Position numbers and translations under genes: made by a program. A stretch of DNA of 64,000 nt, taken from the NCBI GenBank assembly GCA_964574355.1, contig CAZNMD010000003.1, positions 5,316 through 69,315 on the forward strand, read 5' to 3'. Shown here piece by piece: positions 36,221 to 46,256 of this stretch. The notes under the pieces are model-generated. The model was not told the DNA's origin. It saw only the letters and a program-made list of their open reading frames with translations, and did not search any database. The DNA comes from an uncultured Candidatus Saccharibacteria bacterium. Its GTDB lineage: Bacteria > Patescibacteriota > Minisyncoccia > Phycocordibacterales > DSPV01. Positions within the stretch are counted from its first letter, which is position 1, and the number at the start of each line of letters is the position of its first letter.

Positions 36221-37282
36221 ATGCTTTGGACAAAAAAGGATAAAGTCGCTCTTATAACGGGTATTACTGGCCAAGACGGGAGCTATTTGGCTGAATTTTT
36301 GCTGAAGAAAGGCTATATGGTTCATGGTATTATTCGCCGGGCAAGTACGTTTAATACATCGCGAATCAATCATATTTTTGAAGATCCTCATACTCCGGGT
36401 AAGAGACTTATTTTGCACTACGGTGATTTAACGGATAGTACTAATATTGCAAAACTGATTAGAAATATTAGGCCAGATGAAATTTATCATTTGGGTGCCC
36501 AAAGTCATGTTCGGGTTAGTTTTGATATTCCAGAATATACGGCAGACGCAACAGGTGTTTCGACTGTACGACTTCTTGAAGCAATTCGTGAATCGGGTGT
36601 GGATACAAAGTTCTATCAAGCGTCATCTTCTGAGATGTTTGGTAAGGTGCTTGAAGTTCCCCAAAAAGAAACAACACCATTTTATCCTCGATCACCATAT
36701 GGTGCCGCAAAAGTATTTGCGTATTGGCTGACCGTTAATTATCGTGAGAGCTATAACATGTTTGCTGTGAATGGGATTCTTTTTAATCACGAATCTCCGC
36801 GCCGAGGTGAAACATTTGTTACTCGAAAAATTACTCGTGGTTTAGCGCGTATTAAGCTTGAGCTGGAGACAACTCTCTTTTTGGGAAATTTGCACGCAAA
36901 GCGTGATTGGGGCTATGCGCCTGATTATGTTGAAGCCATGTGGTTAATGCTTCAGCATGATACACCGGAAGATTTTGTTATTGCCACAGGAGAAACTCAT
37001 ACAGTGCGAGAATTTGTTGAAGAGGCTTCACGGGCGATTGGTTTTGATCTTGTATGGAAAGGTGAGGGAGTAGACGAGGTTGGGGTTGATAAGAAAACAG
37101 GTAAGGTTATTCTTCGAATTGATAAGAATTATTTTCGTCCAACTGAAGTTGATTTATTAATTGGCGATGCGTCGAAAGCAAAAAGGCTTCTTGGGTGGGA
37201 GCCATCAGTGCGATTTCATGAGCTTGTCGATATAATGGCTAAAGCAGATTATGAACGCGAAAAAAGATTGGCCGGTAAATAA
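36221..37282 (+). CDS. gmd: GDP-mannose 4,6-dehydratase
   Basis: '[16 protein letters not shown]', 'AQSHVRVSF', '[11 protein letters not shown]', '[16 protein letters not shown]'. Confidence 0.97.
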   Translation: MLWTKKDKVALITGITGQDGSYLAEFLLKKGYMVHGIIRRASTFNTSRINHIFEDPHTPGKRLILHYGDLTDSTNIAKLIRNIRPDEIYHLGAQSHVRVSFDIPEYTADATGVSTVRLLEAIRESGVDTKFYQASSSEMFGKVLEVPQKETTPFYPRSPYGAAKVFAYWLTVNYRESYNMFAVNGILFNHESPRRGETFVTRKITRGLARIKLELETTLFLGNLHAKRDWGYAPDYVEAMWLMLQHDTPEDFVIATGETHTVREFVEEASRAIGFDLVWKGEGVDEVGVDKKTGKVILRIDKNYFRPTEVDLLIGDASKAKRLLGWEPSVRFHELVDIMAKADYEREKRLAGK

Positions 37283-37288
37283 AATCTA

Positions 37289-38458
37289 ATGTTTATAAAA
37301 CTTATCAAATCGACATTTCATAACGAGAAAGAAACAAAGCGCCGATTAGTTAAGTTTATTGAAGGTGCACGATCTCTTTCTATGGGTGAACAGTGCCGGA
37401 ATTTTGAGGAACAGTTTGCCAAAAAACAGGGAAGAAAATATGCAGTTTTTGTAAACAGTGGTTCCTCTGCAAATCTTGTTTTGATCCAAGCTCTTTTGAA
37501 TCTTGGGCGCTTGAAGCAGGGTGATAGGGTTGGTGTATCGGCGATTACCTGGGCAACAAACGTTATGCCAATTCTTCAAATGGGTTTACAACCTGTCGCT
37601 ATTGATTGCGAGCTTTCAACTCTTAATATTTCTTCAAAAACTCTCGCTCCACATCTTAAGGGTTTGAAGGCTTTATTTTTAACCAATGTTCTTGGATTTT
37701 CATCCGATATTAGCGCAATCAAAAACGCCTGTGCTAAGGCTAAAGTAATGCTTCTGGAAGATAATTGTGAATCTTTAGGTTCAAAGGTTGATGGTAAACT
37801 ACTTGGCAATTTTGGTCTCGCAGCCACATTTTCTTTTTTTGTTGGACACCATCTTTCAACAATTGAAGGTGGGATGGTTGTGACCGATGACGAAAAATTG
37901 CACGATATGTTGGTGATGGTTCGCGCTCATGGGTGGGATCGGCACTTACCTTTACATAAACAGAAAAAACTAAGGACACGTCACGAGATTGATGAACACT
38001 ATGGTAAGTATACATTTTATGAGCTCGCATATAATGTTCGGCCAACTGAAATTCAAGGATTTTTAGGACTTGAATCTTTGCGTTACTGGGATGAAATTGT
38101 CGGTGCTCGTGAGCAAAATTTTCATAAAATTTTTTCAGCAGTTCTTGATCATAAAGATTTTCATAATCTTGATGTTTCCCATATGGATATTGTTTCCAAT
38201 TTTGCCTTTCCTGTTATTGCCAAAAGTGAACGTCTTGCAAAAGAGTATCGAAAGCGTTTTGAAAATGCTGGTGTTGAAGTTCGGCCGATTATTTCTGGCG
38301 ATATTACTCTCCATCCATTTTGGAAAAAGTATGTGGGCACAGCCCCTATCTTAAAAAATAGTCGTACGGTTCACTATCAAGGTTTCTATTTTGGCAATAA
38401 TCCCGATCTCACGAAAAAAGAAATTGATTTTTTATGCTCACTATTTTCCGTTAAATAA
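37289..38458 (+). CDS. PLP-dependent DegT-family enzyme, probably GDP-4-keto-6-deoxy-D-mannose 3-dehydratase (ColD-like)
   Basis: 'VNSGSSANL', 'LEDNCESLG', and 'FSFFVGHHLSTIEGG' with His in place of the Schiff-base Lys; 389 aa; directly after gmd. Confidence 0.8.
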   Translation: MFIKLIKSTFHNEKETKRRLVKFIEGARSLSMGEQCRNFEEQFAKKQGRKYAVFVNSGSSANLVLIQALLNLGRLKQGDRVGVSAITWATNVMPILQMGLQPVAIDCELSTLNISSKTLAPHLKGLKALFLTNVLGFSSDISAIKNACAKAKVMLLEDNCESLGSKVDGKLLGNFGLAATFSFFVGHHLSTIEGGMVVTDDEKLHDMLVMVRAHGWDRHLPLHKQKKLRTRHEIDEHYGKYTFYELAYNVRPTEIQGFLGLESLRYWDEIVGAREQNFHKIFSAVLDHKDFHNLDVSHMDIVSNFAFPVIAKSERLAKEYRKRFENAGVEVRPIISGDITLHPFWKKYVGTAPILKNSRTVHYQGFYFGNNPDLTKKEIDFLCSLFSVK

Positions 38459-38487
38459 AAAACTACCCTAGTTTGTGGCTAGGGTAG
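38457..38487 (-). terminator. Terminator of solitary gene 38504-39244
   Basis: CTACCCTAG / CTAGGGTAG stem, preceded on the + strand by an A-run. Confidence 0.7.
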
Positions 38488-38503
38488 AGTAGAGTTGGTG
38501 TGA

Positions 38504-39244
38504 CTATTGTGCCCACACCAGGCTCGGTTTCAGACCAGTAAAATCAGCTTCAGTTTGCATTGCGCGAATGAGATCAATACGTTGCTTGTCTCGTTTTGCC
38601 CGCATTGTCTCGTCGTCTTCAACCATTTGTTCAATCGGGTGAATGTAATCAACGGTAACAGAACCGATCGTCCAGCCCCTTTGAATCATATCGATCATCG
38701 GCACAAAAAGAATCTCCCAATTATCGCCGTGGCGACCGTTGTATCCTGCCATCAATTCCGCTGCTTTGCGGGTCATGATGCGAGGTCCCACCCACAGATC
38801 TAGGTCAGGTCGACCGGTAATGTTGGCTGCTTCCCAGTTTGCCCACACTTCACAGTAGTGCTGATATTGGGGGTAGTTCGTGAAGGTTTTTCGTCGTGGA
38901 ATAACGATCTCACACCCTTGGTTTACGAGGTGATTGATACAGGGTTGAAAGAGTGGCACCATCGGATGTTTTTCCGGTTCAAGCCAAATGATAGTGTCAG
39001 CTTCAGTTGAGAGGCCAAGATTTAGGCACTGGCGCCGCGAGTTTCCCATTCCTGGCTCTTTTTGACGATGAACAGTTGCGCCTCGAGCTGAAAGTTCATT
39101 CTCGATTTTCGGATCGGGTGATCCGTCTACCACAATGAGTGGATAGTTGGCTTTTCTCGCCTCTTCTGCGGTTTTGAGTGCCAATGTGGCACGCATGTCG
39201 TCGACGTTTGGTGAGAAAGTTGTTGTAACAAGGCAGACGCTCAC
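38504..39244 (-). CDS. Putative GT-A/GT2-like glycosyltransferase (solitary gene)
   Basis: 'LIVVDGSPD', 'GMGNSRRQ', 'IIWLEPEK', 'IVIPRR'; GTG start after AAAGGA; own promoter TTGCCT-17 nt-TAGCTT (39318-39290). Confidence 0.65.
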   Translation of the reverse strand: MSVCLVTTTFSPNVDDMRATLALKTAEEARKANYPLIVVDGSPDPKIENELSARGATVHRQKEPGMGNSRRQCLNLGLSTEADTIIWLEPEKHPMVPLFQPCINHLVNQGCEIVIPRRKTFTNYPQYQHYCEVWANWEAANITGRPDLDLWVGPRIMTRKAAELMAGYNGRHGDNWEILFVPMIDMIQRGWTIGSVTVDYIHPIEQMVEDDETMRAKRDKQRIDLIRAMQTEADFTGLKPSLVWAQ

Positions 39245-39356
39245 GCGTGTTCCTTTTTGTTGAGGTTTTGGTTCTCCGAATCCAGAAGCAAGCTAACACA
39301 AAAATTAATATTAGGCAAGAGAGCTTAAAATCTTTCTAAAATGTTACAATGCCGCT

Positions 39357-40295
39357 ATGGATAAGAGTAAAAAGCTTTATTTGGCCGGCCATCGTGGGCT
39401 TGTGGGATCCGCAATTCATCGTCGGCTTCAAAAAAGTGGTCATGATAGTCTTTTGACACGAACACATAAAGAACTTGATCTTTTAGATCAAAAGAAGGTT
39501 CGCAGTTTTTTTGAAAAAGAAAAGCCGGCCTATGTTATTTTGGCTGCTGCGAAAGTTGGTGGTATTAAAGCTAATATGGGTGCACCGGCAGATTTTTTGT
39601 ATCAAAATCTTCAAATTCAAAATAATGTTATTTGGGCAGCACATGAATGTGGTGTTGAAAAATTACTTTTTCTGGGTTCAAGTTGTGTCTATCCACGCGA
39701 ATCACCACAACCAATGAAAGAAGAATACTTATTAGAGGGTAGACCTGAGCCAACCAACGAAGGCTATGCGCTTGCCAAGATTGCTGGGCTTAAGTTGTGC
39801 GAAACGATATATACCCAATATGGAAAGAAATTTATTTCTTGTATGCCGCCGAATATCTATGGGGAAGGGGATCATTTTGATCTTGAGTCATCACACGTTA
39901 TTTCAGCTTTGATTCGTCGTATGCACGAAGCAAAAGAGATAAAAGCTCCAGACGTTTCAATTTGGGGCGATGGTACTGCGCGTCGCGAATTTTTATATGT
40001 CGAAGATTTAGCAGATGCTGCACTTTTTCTTATGGAAAATTACGATAAAAAAGAATTTATCAATGTGGGTGTTGGTGTTGATGTTTCTATTAAAGAGCTT
40101 GCGGAAATGATTAAAAAAGTTGTTGGCTACGAAGGCACGCTTTCCTTTGACTCATCAAAACCAAATGGTATGCCACAAAAATTGTTGGATGTTTCAAGGG
40201 TTACTAGTTTGGGGTGGAAATATTCAACATCACTTTCCGAGGGACTGCGAAGAACGTACGAATATTACAAGCATCACGTTTTGAAAACGTTATAA
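39357..40295 (+). CDS. fcl: GDP-L-fucose synthase family epimerase/reductase (Fcl/ColC-like)
   Basis: 'AGHRGLVGSAI', 'AAAKVGGI.AN', 'FLGSSCVYP', 'EPTNEGYALAK', 'WGDGTARREFL'. Confidence 0.9.
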   Translation: MDKSKKLYLAGHRGLVGSAIHRRLQKSGHDSLLTRTHKELDLLDQKKVRSFFEKEKPAYVILAAAKVGGIKANMGAPADFLYQNLQIQNNVIWAAHECGVEKLLFLGSSCVYPRESPQPMKEEYLLEGRPEPTNEGYALAKIAGLKLCETIYTQYGKKFISCMPPNIYGEGDHFDLESSHVISALIRRMHEAKEIKAPDVSIWGDGTARREFLYVEDLADAALFLMENYDKKEFINVGVGVDVSIKELAEMIKKVVGYEGTLSFDSSKPNGMPQKLLDVSRVTSLGWKYSTSLSEGLRRTYEYYKHHVLKTL

Positions 40296-40305
40296 TTTTT
40301 TATCC

Positions 40306-41352
40306 ATGCTTTCAGTGTATGTTGGTAAATTATTACCCCCACGATTTCACCATCTAGAGTTTTTGTATCCAAATCTTGGTTTTTCAGCCGAAACAAATGA
40401 TTTTGGAGAACCGAATCCCTTTTTGCACACAAATTCTATTGTTAAAACGGTTAGTTCGCCCTATGAGGCTGATGCGTATCTTTTACCGTATGGGGTTCGG
40501 TTGGCAGAAAAGGAGGGCTCATATTTGTCTGAGTTTTTAAGAATGATAGAAGAGGTTCCAAAACCGCTTATTGTGTGTGCCTATGGTGATTCTCCGGAAC
40601 CATCGCCTGTACCCGCGGCTATTGTTCTTCGAACCTCAGCCTATCGTTCTACCCTTCAAAAAAATGAGCTTCTTGTTCCTCCGCATATTCCTGATGTGGG
40701 AAAGCTGTATGGGGTATTACCAAAACAAAAAGAAGACGCTCCAACGGTAGCGTTTTGTGGATATGCGGCGTTTCCTTCAATGAAAGCGCGTCTTACATTT
40801 TTCTATAAAAATACTTTAGCTGGCATAGGTGCTGTTTTTTCTGATTCGATCGCGGTTCGCCGTCAGGGTATATATTTTCGAAAAAAAGCAATGCGAGCTC
40901 TTTCGGGGACTTCTCGGATACAGACAAAATTTATTACCCGTTCATTTTATTCCGGCAGTCGTAAGACGATTGGTATGGATGCTAAAGTTGCACGTAGAGA
41001 ATACGTTGAAAATATGCAAAGTGCTGATTTAGCTCTTGCACCAAAAGGTGATGGAAATTATTCATTGCGTTTTTATGAAGCGCTTTCTCTTGGGCGAATT
41101 CCTATTCTTATTGATACGGATACACCACTTCCTGGTAATGAGGAATGGTATAAAGATGCGGTTGTTCGCGTGTCTTGGAAAGATATTGAAACGTTGCCAG
41201 AAATTGTTACAGAATGGTTTGCCTCGATTTCGAACGATGAATTTATCCTCATGCAGGAACGAGCTCGTACTCTTTTTACTGATCATTTGTTTGCACCACA
41301 ATTTTATACTGAGCTTTTTATTGATATTGAAAAAAGAATTAAGACAATGTAA
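40306..41352 (+). CDS. Exostosin (GT47)-family protein
   Basis: 'EYVENMQSADLALAPKGDGNYSLRFYEALSLGRIPILI' matches the exostosin C-terminal signature. Confidence 0.75.
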   Translation: MLSVYVGKLLPPRFHHLEFLYPNLGFSAETNDFGEPNPFLHTNSIVKTVSSPYEADAYLLPYGVRLAEKEGSYLSEFLRMIEEVPKPLIVCAYGDSPEPSPVPAAIVLRTSAYRSTLQKNELLVPPHIPDVGKLYGVLPKQKEDAPTVAFCGYAAFPSMKARLTFFYKNTLAGIGAVFSDSIAVRRQGIYFRKKAMRALSGTSRIQTKFITRSFYSGSRKTIGMDAKVARREYVENMQSADLALAPKGDGNYSLRFYEALSLGRIPILIDTDTPLPGNEEWYKDAVVRVSWKDIETLPEIVTEWFASISNDEFILMQERARTLFTDHLFAPQFYTELFIDIEKRIKTM

Positions 41353-41409
41353 AAATAACTTTGTGGGTATAGCATGTTGCTAGTAGAGAATTAATCTCGG
41401 ATATATTTT

Positions 41410-42060
41410 TTATGAAGTGTAGTTGGTTGTTTCGGGTATTGATTTTACAAGTTGTTGTTTAAATACAAAAAACCGAAAGGCTATAAAGTTCCACGTCATG
41501 GATATGACAGCGGTCAGTAGTTTTACGATGTTAATCCAGAGGGCTTCAGCCGTGCCATTTGGTGCGCCGGTTATTGTGGTGAGAATGTAAAGAATAATGA
41601 TATTAATGAGGAAGCTACCGAGTGATACAAGGGTGAAATTACTGAATTCTTTTAAACTTGCTACCTCTTTGGTTCCAAATGACCACGAGCGATTAATAAA
41701 ATATGAAAAGACAAGAATTATGAAAAAAGAAAGTGTGGAAATTGCAATGAGTGGCCAACCTGCATAGGCAAAAAACAAGAAAGAGAGTAGGTTAACGATG
41801 CTGATGTCGAATGTAGTATTAAAGACACCAGTAATGAAAAATTTGGTGAAAGTAAAAAGAATTGGCCAACGCGCATCGAGTGCGCGGGTTATTAAAATAA
41901 CTACATTGCAAAGAATGATCGCTCCGATAACAACAAGGGCTCCTAATGTTACACCAATGTGAAGAGCTCGTTCGTGCAGGTGCACCAAAGGTGGTATTAA
42001 AAAGATACCAATAGCAAAAGCGAGTAGTGTGGCAAGTCTAAAATCTTGATTAGTTAACAT
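41410..42060 (-). CDS. GtrA-family membrane protein
   Basis: Multiple TMs; 'KFFITGVFNTTFD', 'SYFINRSWSF', 'WNFIAFRFFVF'. Confidence 0.82.
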   Translation of the reverse strand: MLTNQDFRLATLLAFAIGIFLIPPLVHLHERALHIGVTLGALVVIGAIILCNVVILITRALDARWPILFTFTKFFITGVFNTTFDISIVNLLSFLFFAYAGWPLIAISTLSFFIILVFSYFINRSWSFGTKEVASLKEFSNFTLVSLGSFLINIIILYILTTITGAPNGTAEALWINIVKLLTAVISMTWNFIAFRFFVFKQQLVKSIPETTNYTS

Positions 42061-42065
42061 GCTTT

Positions 42066-43160
42066 TTATGTCGTCGTGTGTTTTGGTTCTTTAACATGTT
42101 GTTTCCCAGCTTTTACGGTCATGAAAAGGAAGGGAGAAATCCATTTTCGAACAAAAGGGTAATTGGTGGCATTGTGATCGTGGTGAAGATGCAACTGTGT
42201 TTCTTTGAGCCATTCGTATACTTCATCATATGTATGGTGGGTCGCTATAGGTGCAGTGTACCAGTCAAAAATATAGTGAGGGTGTGCTTCCCATCGAACA
42301 AATGCATTGATTATTTTATGGAGGAAGGTGTGAGGAATGAGAGATGCAATAAATGCTCCTATTTTTGAAAGTTGGTACATTAAAGAAAGGGGAAGGTGGG
42401 TTGTGATTGCTCGCGTTGTTGCATCCACGATTTCGTATATAAAATTTCCCTTATGATACAGGTGGATAGTGATTTTTCCTTGTTCTGTAAGTAAAGGAAC
42501 AAGCGAGAGAAAAGCTCCTTTTGCGTTTCCGGTGTGCATAAGGACACCGTTTGAGAAAATAAAGTCGAAAGAGCTGTTTTTAAAGGGAAGTTTAAAAAGG
42601 TCCGCCTGAACAATATGAGCTTTTGGATTTTCGTGAAGATTATTTTCGGCAGCATCCACTGCGTGTGAAAGGTCGACGCTCACAACTTCCGCGCCATAGT
42701 CGAGTGCGATTTTTGAATAGCGGCCATTACCACAGCCGGCATCAAGGACCAGCTTGCCTTTAATTTCTTCAGGTGTAAAAAGCACTTTGTAATCAAAGTG
42801 ACGCTTCGCCCCTTCTGGGGTTTGTCCTTCTCCCCAACCAAATTTGTTCCATGTTTCCCATTCGCTCCCGAAGTTTTTTATGGTTTCTTTTTTTAGTTTG
42901 GAAATATGTTGAGCATTTATTGTTGCTCCGCTTTTTCTAATTTCGTTTTCATATTGTTCAGTAAATTTTTCGTGTCGAGAAAAAGCGTCAGGTAAAAAAC
43001 GTGGAACGTATGAGACGAGCGGATATGTTGTTTGGCAATGTGTGCATATAAAAATTCCATCAGCAATATTTCCAGAAGTATCTGGTTTTGAAAAAGAGGT
43101 AAAAGAGATTTCTCCCTTACATGAGGGACAACAGAGAAGAGGAAGAAGGGTGGTGCGCAT
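42066..43160 (-). CDS. SAM-dependent methyltransferase with an N-terminal Trm112-like Zn finger
   Basis: 'LCCPSCK..CTHCQTTYP..VPRF', 'VLDAGCGNGR', 'FSNGVLMHT'. Start moved to 43160 because TGT-TAGGAT lies 7 nt upstream. Confidence 0.85.
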   Translation of the reverse strand: MRTTLLPLLCCPSCKGEISFTSFSKPDTSGNIADGIFICTHCQTTYPLVSYVPRFLPDAFSRHEKFTEQYENEIRKSGATINAQHISKLKKETIKNFGSEWETWNKFGWGEGQTPEGAKRHFDYKVLFTPEEIKGKLVLDAGCGNGRYSKIALDYGAEVVSVDLSHAVDAAENNLHENPKAHIVQADLFKLPFKNSSFDFIFSNGVLMHTGNAKGAFLSLVPLLTEQGKITIHLYHKGNFIYEIVDATTRAITTHLPLSLMYQLSKIGAFIASLIPHTFLHKIINAFVRWEAHPHYIFDWYTAPIATHHTYDEVYEWLKETQLHLHHDHNATNYPFVRKWISPFLFMTVKAGKQHVKEPKHTTT

Positions 43161-43203
43161 GGAGACAATCCTAACAGTTTTTTTGAACTTGGTCAGGTGG
43201 GAT

Positions 43204-44355
43204 TTAGAGTGTTCTATCAAGGCGACGAATAAAAGCGAGAATGTCATTGGCCCGTTTCTCCCAAGTGTAGTTTTGAGCTCGGTCGTGAGCTGTTGCGCCT
43301 AATTTTGCCGCTCGTTGTTTATCATGAAGTGCTGATGAGAATACTTGCGCAAGTGATTCAGGGTTATCTGCGGTGAAAAAGAGTGCGCAGGTTTCATCGA
43401 GAATTTCTCGTAATGAGGGCAGATTTGAAGCGATAATTGCTTTTCCCATAGCCATTGCTTCAAATAATTTGAGGGGTGAAGTGTGATGACTTCCTAAGCG
43501 TTCCTTGCCCGATGTGGGGATAATGACGTAGTCCGCTGCCTGAAGGTAGTCCGGAATTTTTGTGTGTGGCTGTTGACCTTCAAAACGGACCCGAGCTTTA
43601 ATTTTTCTTGCTTTTTCCTTTAACTCAGTTTCATATCCCGCACCTCCTCCCACGATGATAACTTCCTGATTTTCTTTGAGGTGTACTGAAGCTTCAACAA
43701 GCGTATCGACACCCTTCCATTTAAAAAGTTGTCCGGTATAGACCACAATTTGTTTTTTTTGGTCAATGCCGAGTATTTTTCGGGCGTCTTCTTTGGTTTT
43801 GTTTGAAGAAAAACGAGTAAGATCAACGGCGTCGGGGGCAACAAACAGTTTGTGGGCAGGTGCTCCGACGGCGATTAATTCGTTGCGTAAGTTTTGAGTA
43901 ATACAAATAATGGCGATACAACGTTCAAAAGCTTCTTTGAATCTTTCTGGGCGATTTGGGACCGTGTGTGTTTCGTATACGGTCGGTAAACCGCTTTCTG
44001 CGAGACGAATGAAGGTTTGATCATCGCGTATGTAGTAAATGTCAGCGGTATTTTTTTGAGCATCTTTGTGTGCATTTTTTGCAAAAGAACGATACAGCAA
44101 GGCATATGGTATTTTTCCCAAAAGAGGCGCTAAAGGGGTCAGGTTTAGAATCGGTAGTGTTCGTAAAGAAAAAGTAGGAGGAATAGTATAGTAGGCAAAG
44201 AGTTCAGTTTCTGATTTTTTTTGGGTATATCTTCTGGGGATGACAAGTTCTACCTCTGCACCTGCCGCCGCAAAGGCCTGACACATGGAGACGATTTGAA
44301 TGCCGTGAGCTTTTTCTGTTGGTAGCCGGGCACTAGTAAGGTAGCGTAGTTTCAT
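43204..44355 (-). CDS. Glycosyltransferase family 4
   Basis: 'YTGQLFKWKG', 'SPLKLFEAMAMGKAII'. Confidence 0.88.
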   Translation of the reverse strand: MKLRYLTSARLPTEKAHGIQIVSMCQAFAAAGAEVELVIPRRYTQKKSETELFAYYTIPPTFSLRTLPILNLTPLAPLLGKIPYALLYRSFAKNAHKDAQKNTADIYYIRDDQTFIRLAESGLPTVYETHTVPNRPERFKEAFERCIAIICITQNLRNELIAVGAPAHKLFVAPDAVDLTRFSSNKTKEDARKILGIDQKKQIVVYTGQLFKWKGVDTLVEASVHLKENQEVIIVGGGAGYETELKEKARKIKARVRFEGQQPHTKIPDYLQAADYVIIPTSGKERLGSHHTSPLKLFEAMAMGKAIIASNLPSLREILDETCALFFTADNPESLAQVFSSALHDKQRAAKLGATAHDRAQNYTWEKRANDILAFIRRLDRTL

Positions 44356-44363
44356 TGATGATA

Positions 44364-46190
44364 TTAGACAGTGAGTTTATAGCGTTCAAAAAAATCTGCA
44401 AGAACAAAGATTGCATAATAACTATGCCCTAGAATAGGGAGCATTTCTTTCAGCCCGTTTCTGGTTTGCGTTTTATGTATACCAATATCAATCGTTGGTA
44501 TAAGGCCAGGGAAGGTTTTTTTGTACCATTCGAGGGCAGACAGGAGTTTTTCTGTCTGATGTTCGGCTAGTAGTTGCGAAATGGGAACACTGAAACCCTC
44601 TTTTTTTCGTTCAATAAGATTTTCTTTCAGTGTTGTTTTTAAGAATCGGCGAAGGGGTATTTTTCCGGTCTTACCTTCTCGTTTCCAGGTTGCTGGAGCG
44701 CCACCAACCAGGCGGAATAATTTTCGGTCAAGTAACGGGACTCGTCCCTCGATTCCATGGGCCATAGTTGTGGTATCGATTTTTAACAAGAGCTTATCAG
44801 GGAGAGCAATAAGTCGGTCAAATGCTAAACCTCGATCGGGGGTTTCTCGTTCTTTAATTCGTCCGCGAATACGTTCTTTAATTGAAGCATCTTGAACTAA
44901 ACCGGCGGAGGTGGCTGTTTCGGTTAAAAACAAACCAAGCGCGTCGCCGCGAATTGTTTTTATTCGACGAGTAATACCCCGGGCTATACGTAGGGGAAAA
45001 TGGGCAGGAGATAGAGGGAAGCCGAGACGTATGAGCGCATCAAGGGTTTTTCCTGTTCGTCCTGATTGAATGTCTGCAGAAAGGCCGGCAAGACGTTTTG
45101 CTCGTGGGTATCCGCCAAAAAGTTCGTCTCCCCCCTCTCCGGAGAGAACAACTTTTACTTCTTCTTTGGCTAATTTTGAAACGGTGTAGGTTGGCATTAG
45201 TGATGAGTCTCCAAGGGGTTCGTCCATGTGTGCGAGAGCTTCTTCGAGGAGTGTATTTGCGTGTGTTTCTGAAAGAGTGAATGTGTTTAATTTTATACCG
45301 CAATGCTCAGTAATCTTTCTTGCAAATTCAATATCCTTTTTCCCAGGAACTTCTACATGAAAGGCGGTTAGATGAACCCCTAGTTCTTTTAATGTGAGAG
45401 CAAGAACAGAAGAATCGATTCCACCTGAAAAGAAGAGACCTACAGGCACATCGGCAATGAGATGATGTTTTACAGAGTCAAAGAGGGTGGTTTTGAGCTC
45501 GTCGTCAGTTGGGGGTTCTTTGGTGGGTGCTTCAAGGCGAGATATATAAGATTTTTCTGTTGTATCAATAACATTAATGAGGATACTTTCTCCAGGGAGA
45601 AGGGAACGAGCATTTTTTAGTATTGTTTTTGGGGCAACGATGTAGCCCAAGAAAACAAGATCGCGCACGGCCTCGTGATCAATAGTCTTATTAATTTCTG
45701 GTAGAGCGAGTAATCCTCGAATTTCTGAGGATAATGCTATTGTTTTTTCATCTCGGTATAGGTATAAGGGTTTAATTCCAAAATGATCTCGTGAAAGAAA
45801 GAGTGTTTTGTTGTCACGATCATAAATTGCAAAAGCCCACATACCACGAAAGAGATCGACGCATGAAGGACCCCATTTTTCGTAGGCATATAAAATTACT
45901 TCAGTATCTGATCCTCCGCGGAAAGTTACACCAAGATGTTCAAGTTCATTTCTAAGGGTTGCGGCGTTATATACTTCACCATTGTAGACAATTGTGTAGC
46001 GACCATTTTGTGTGGTCATTGGTTGCGCCCCTGTTTCAGTAAGATCAACTATGGAAAGTCGATTATGACCAAGTGTGCATTGTGGAAACAGGGCGATGTT
46101 TGTCTGGTCTGGCCCACGATGAGCCGTGGCTTGATTCATGGCTTTAATCGCCTTTTCGTTGTTACCAAGGATACCATTGATGCCACACAT
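44364..46190 (-). CDS. asnB: Asparagine synthase (glutamine-hydrolysing)-family amidotransferase, probably glycan-amidating
   Basis: N-terminal 'MCGING', 'HRGPD', 'LGHNRLSIVDL', 'SGGIDSS', 'LSGEGGDELFGGY'. Confidence 0.88.
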   Translation of the reverse strand: MCGINGILGNNEKAIKAMNQATAHRGPDQTNIALFPQCTLGHNRLSIVDLTETGAQPMTTQNGRYTIVYNGEVYNAATLRNELEHLGVTFRGGSDTEVILYAYEKWGPSCVDLFRGMWAFAIYDRDNKTLFLSRDHFGIKPLYLYRDEKTIALSSEIRGLLALPEINKTIDHEAVRDLVFLGYIVAPKTILKNARSLLPGESILINVIDTTEKSYISRLEAPTKEPPTDDELKTTLFDSVKHHLIADVPVGLFFSGGIDSSVLALTLKELGVHLTAFHVEVPGKKDIEFARKITEHCGIKLNTFTLSETHANTLLEEALAHMDEPLGDSSLMPTYTVSKLAKEEVKVVLSGEGGDELFGGYPRAKRLAGLSADIQSGRTGKTLDALIRLGFPLSPAHFPLRIARGITRRIKTIRGDALGLFLTETATSAGLVQDASIKERIRGRIKERETPDRGLAFDRLIALPDKLLLKIDTTTMAHGIEGRVPLLDRKLFRLVGGAPATWKREGKTGKIPLRRFLKTTLKENLIERKKEGFSVPISQLLAEHQTEKLLSALEWYKKTFPGLIPTIDIGIHKTQTRNGLKEMLPILGHSYYAIFVLADFFERYKLTV

Positions 46191-46256
46191 ACCCTCTAGT
46201 ATAGCCGAATTTTTGGTTTAGAGAGATCGTTATAAATAATCTCTTTGTGTTAAAGT

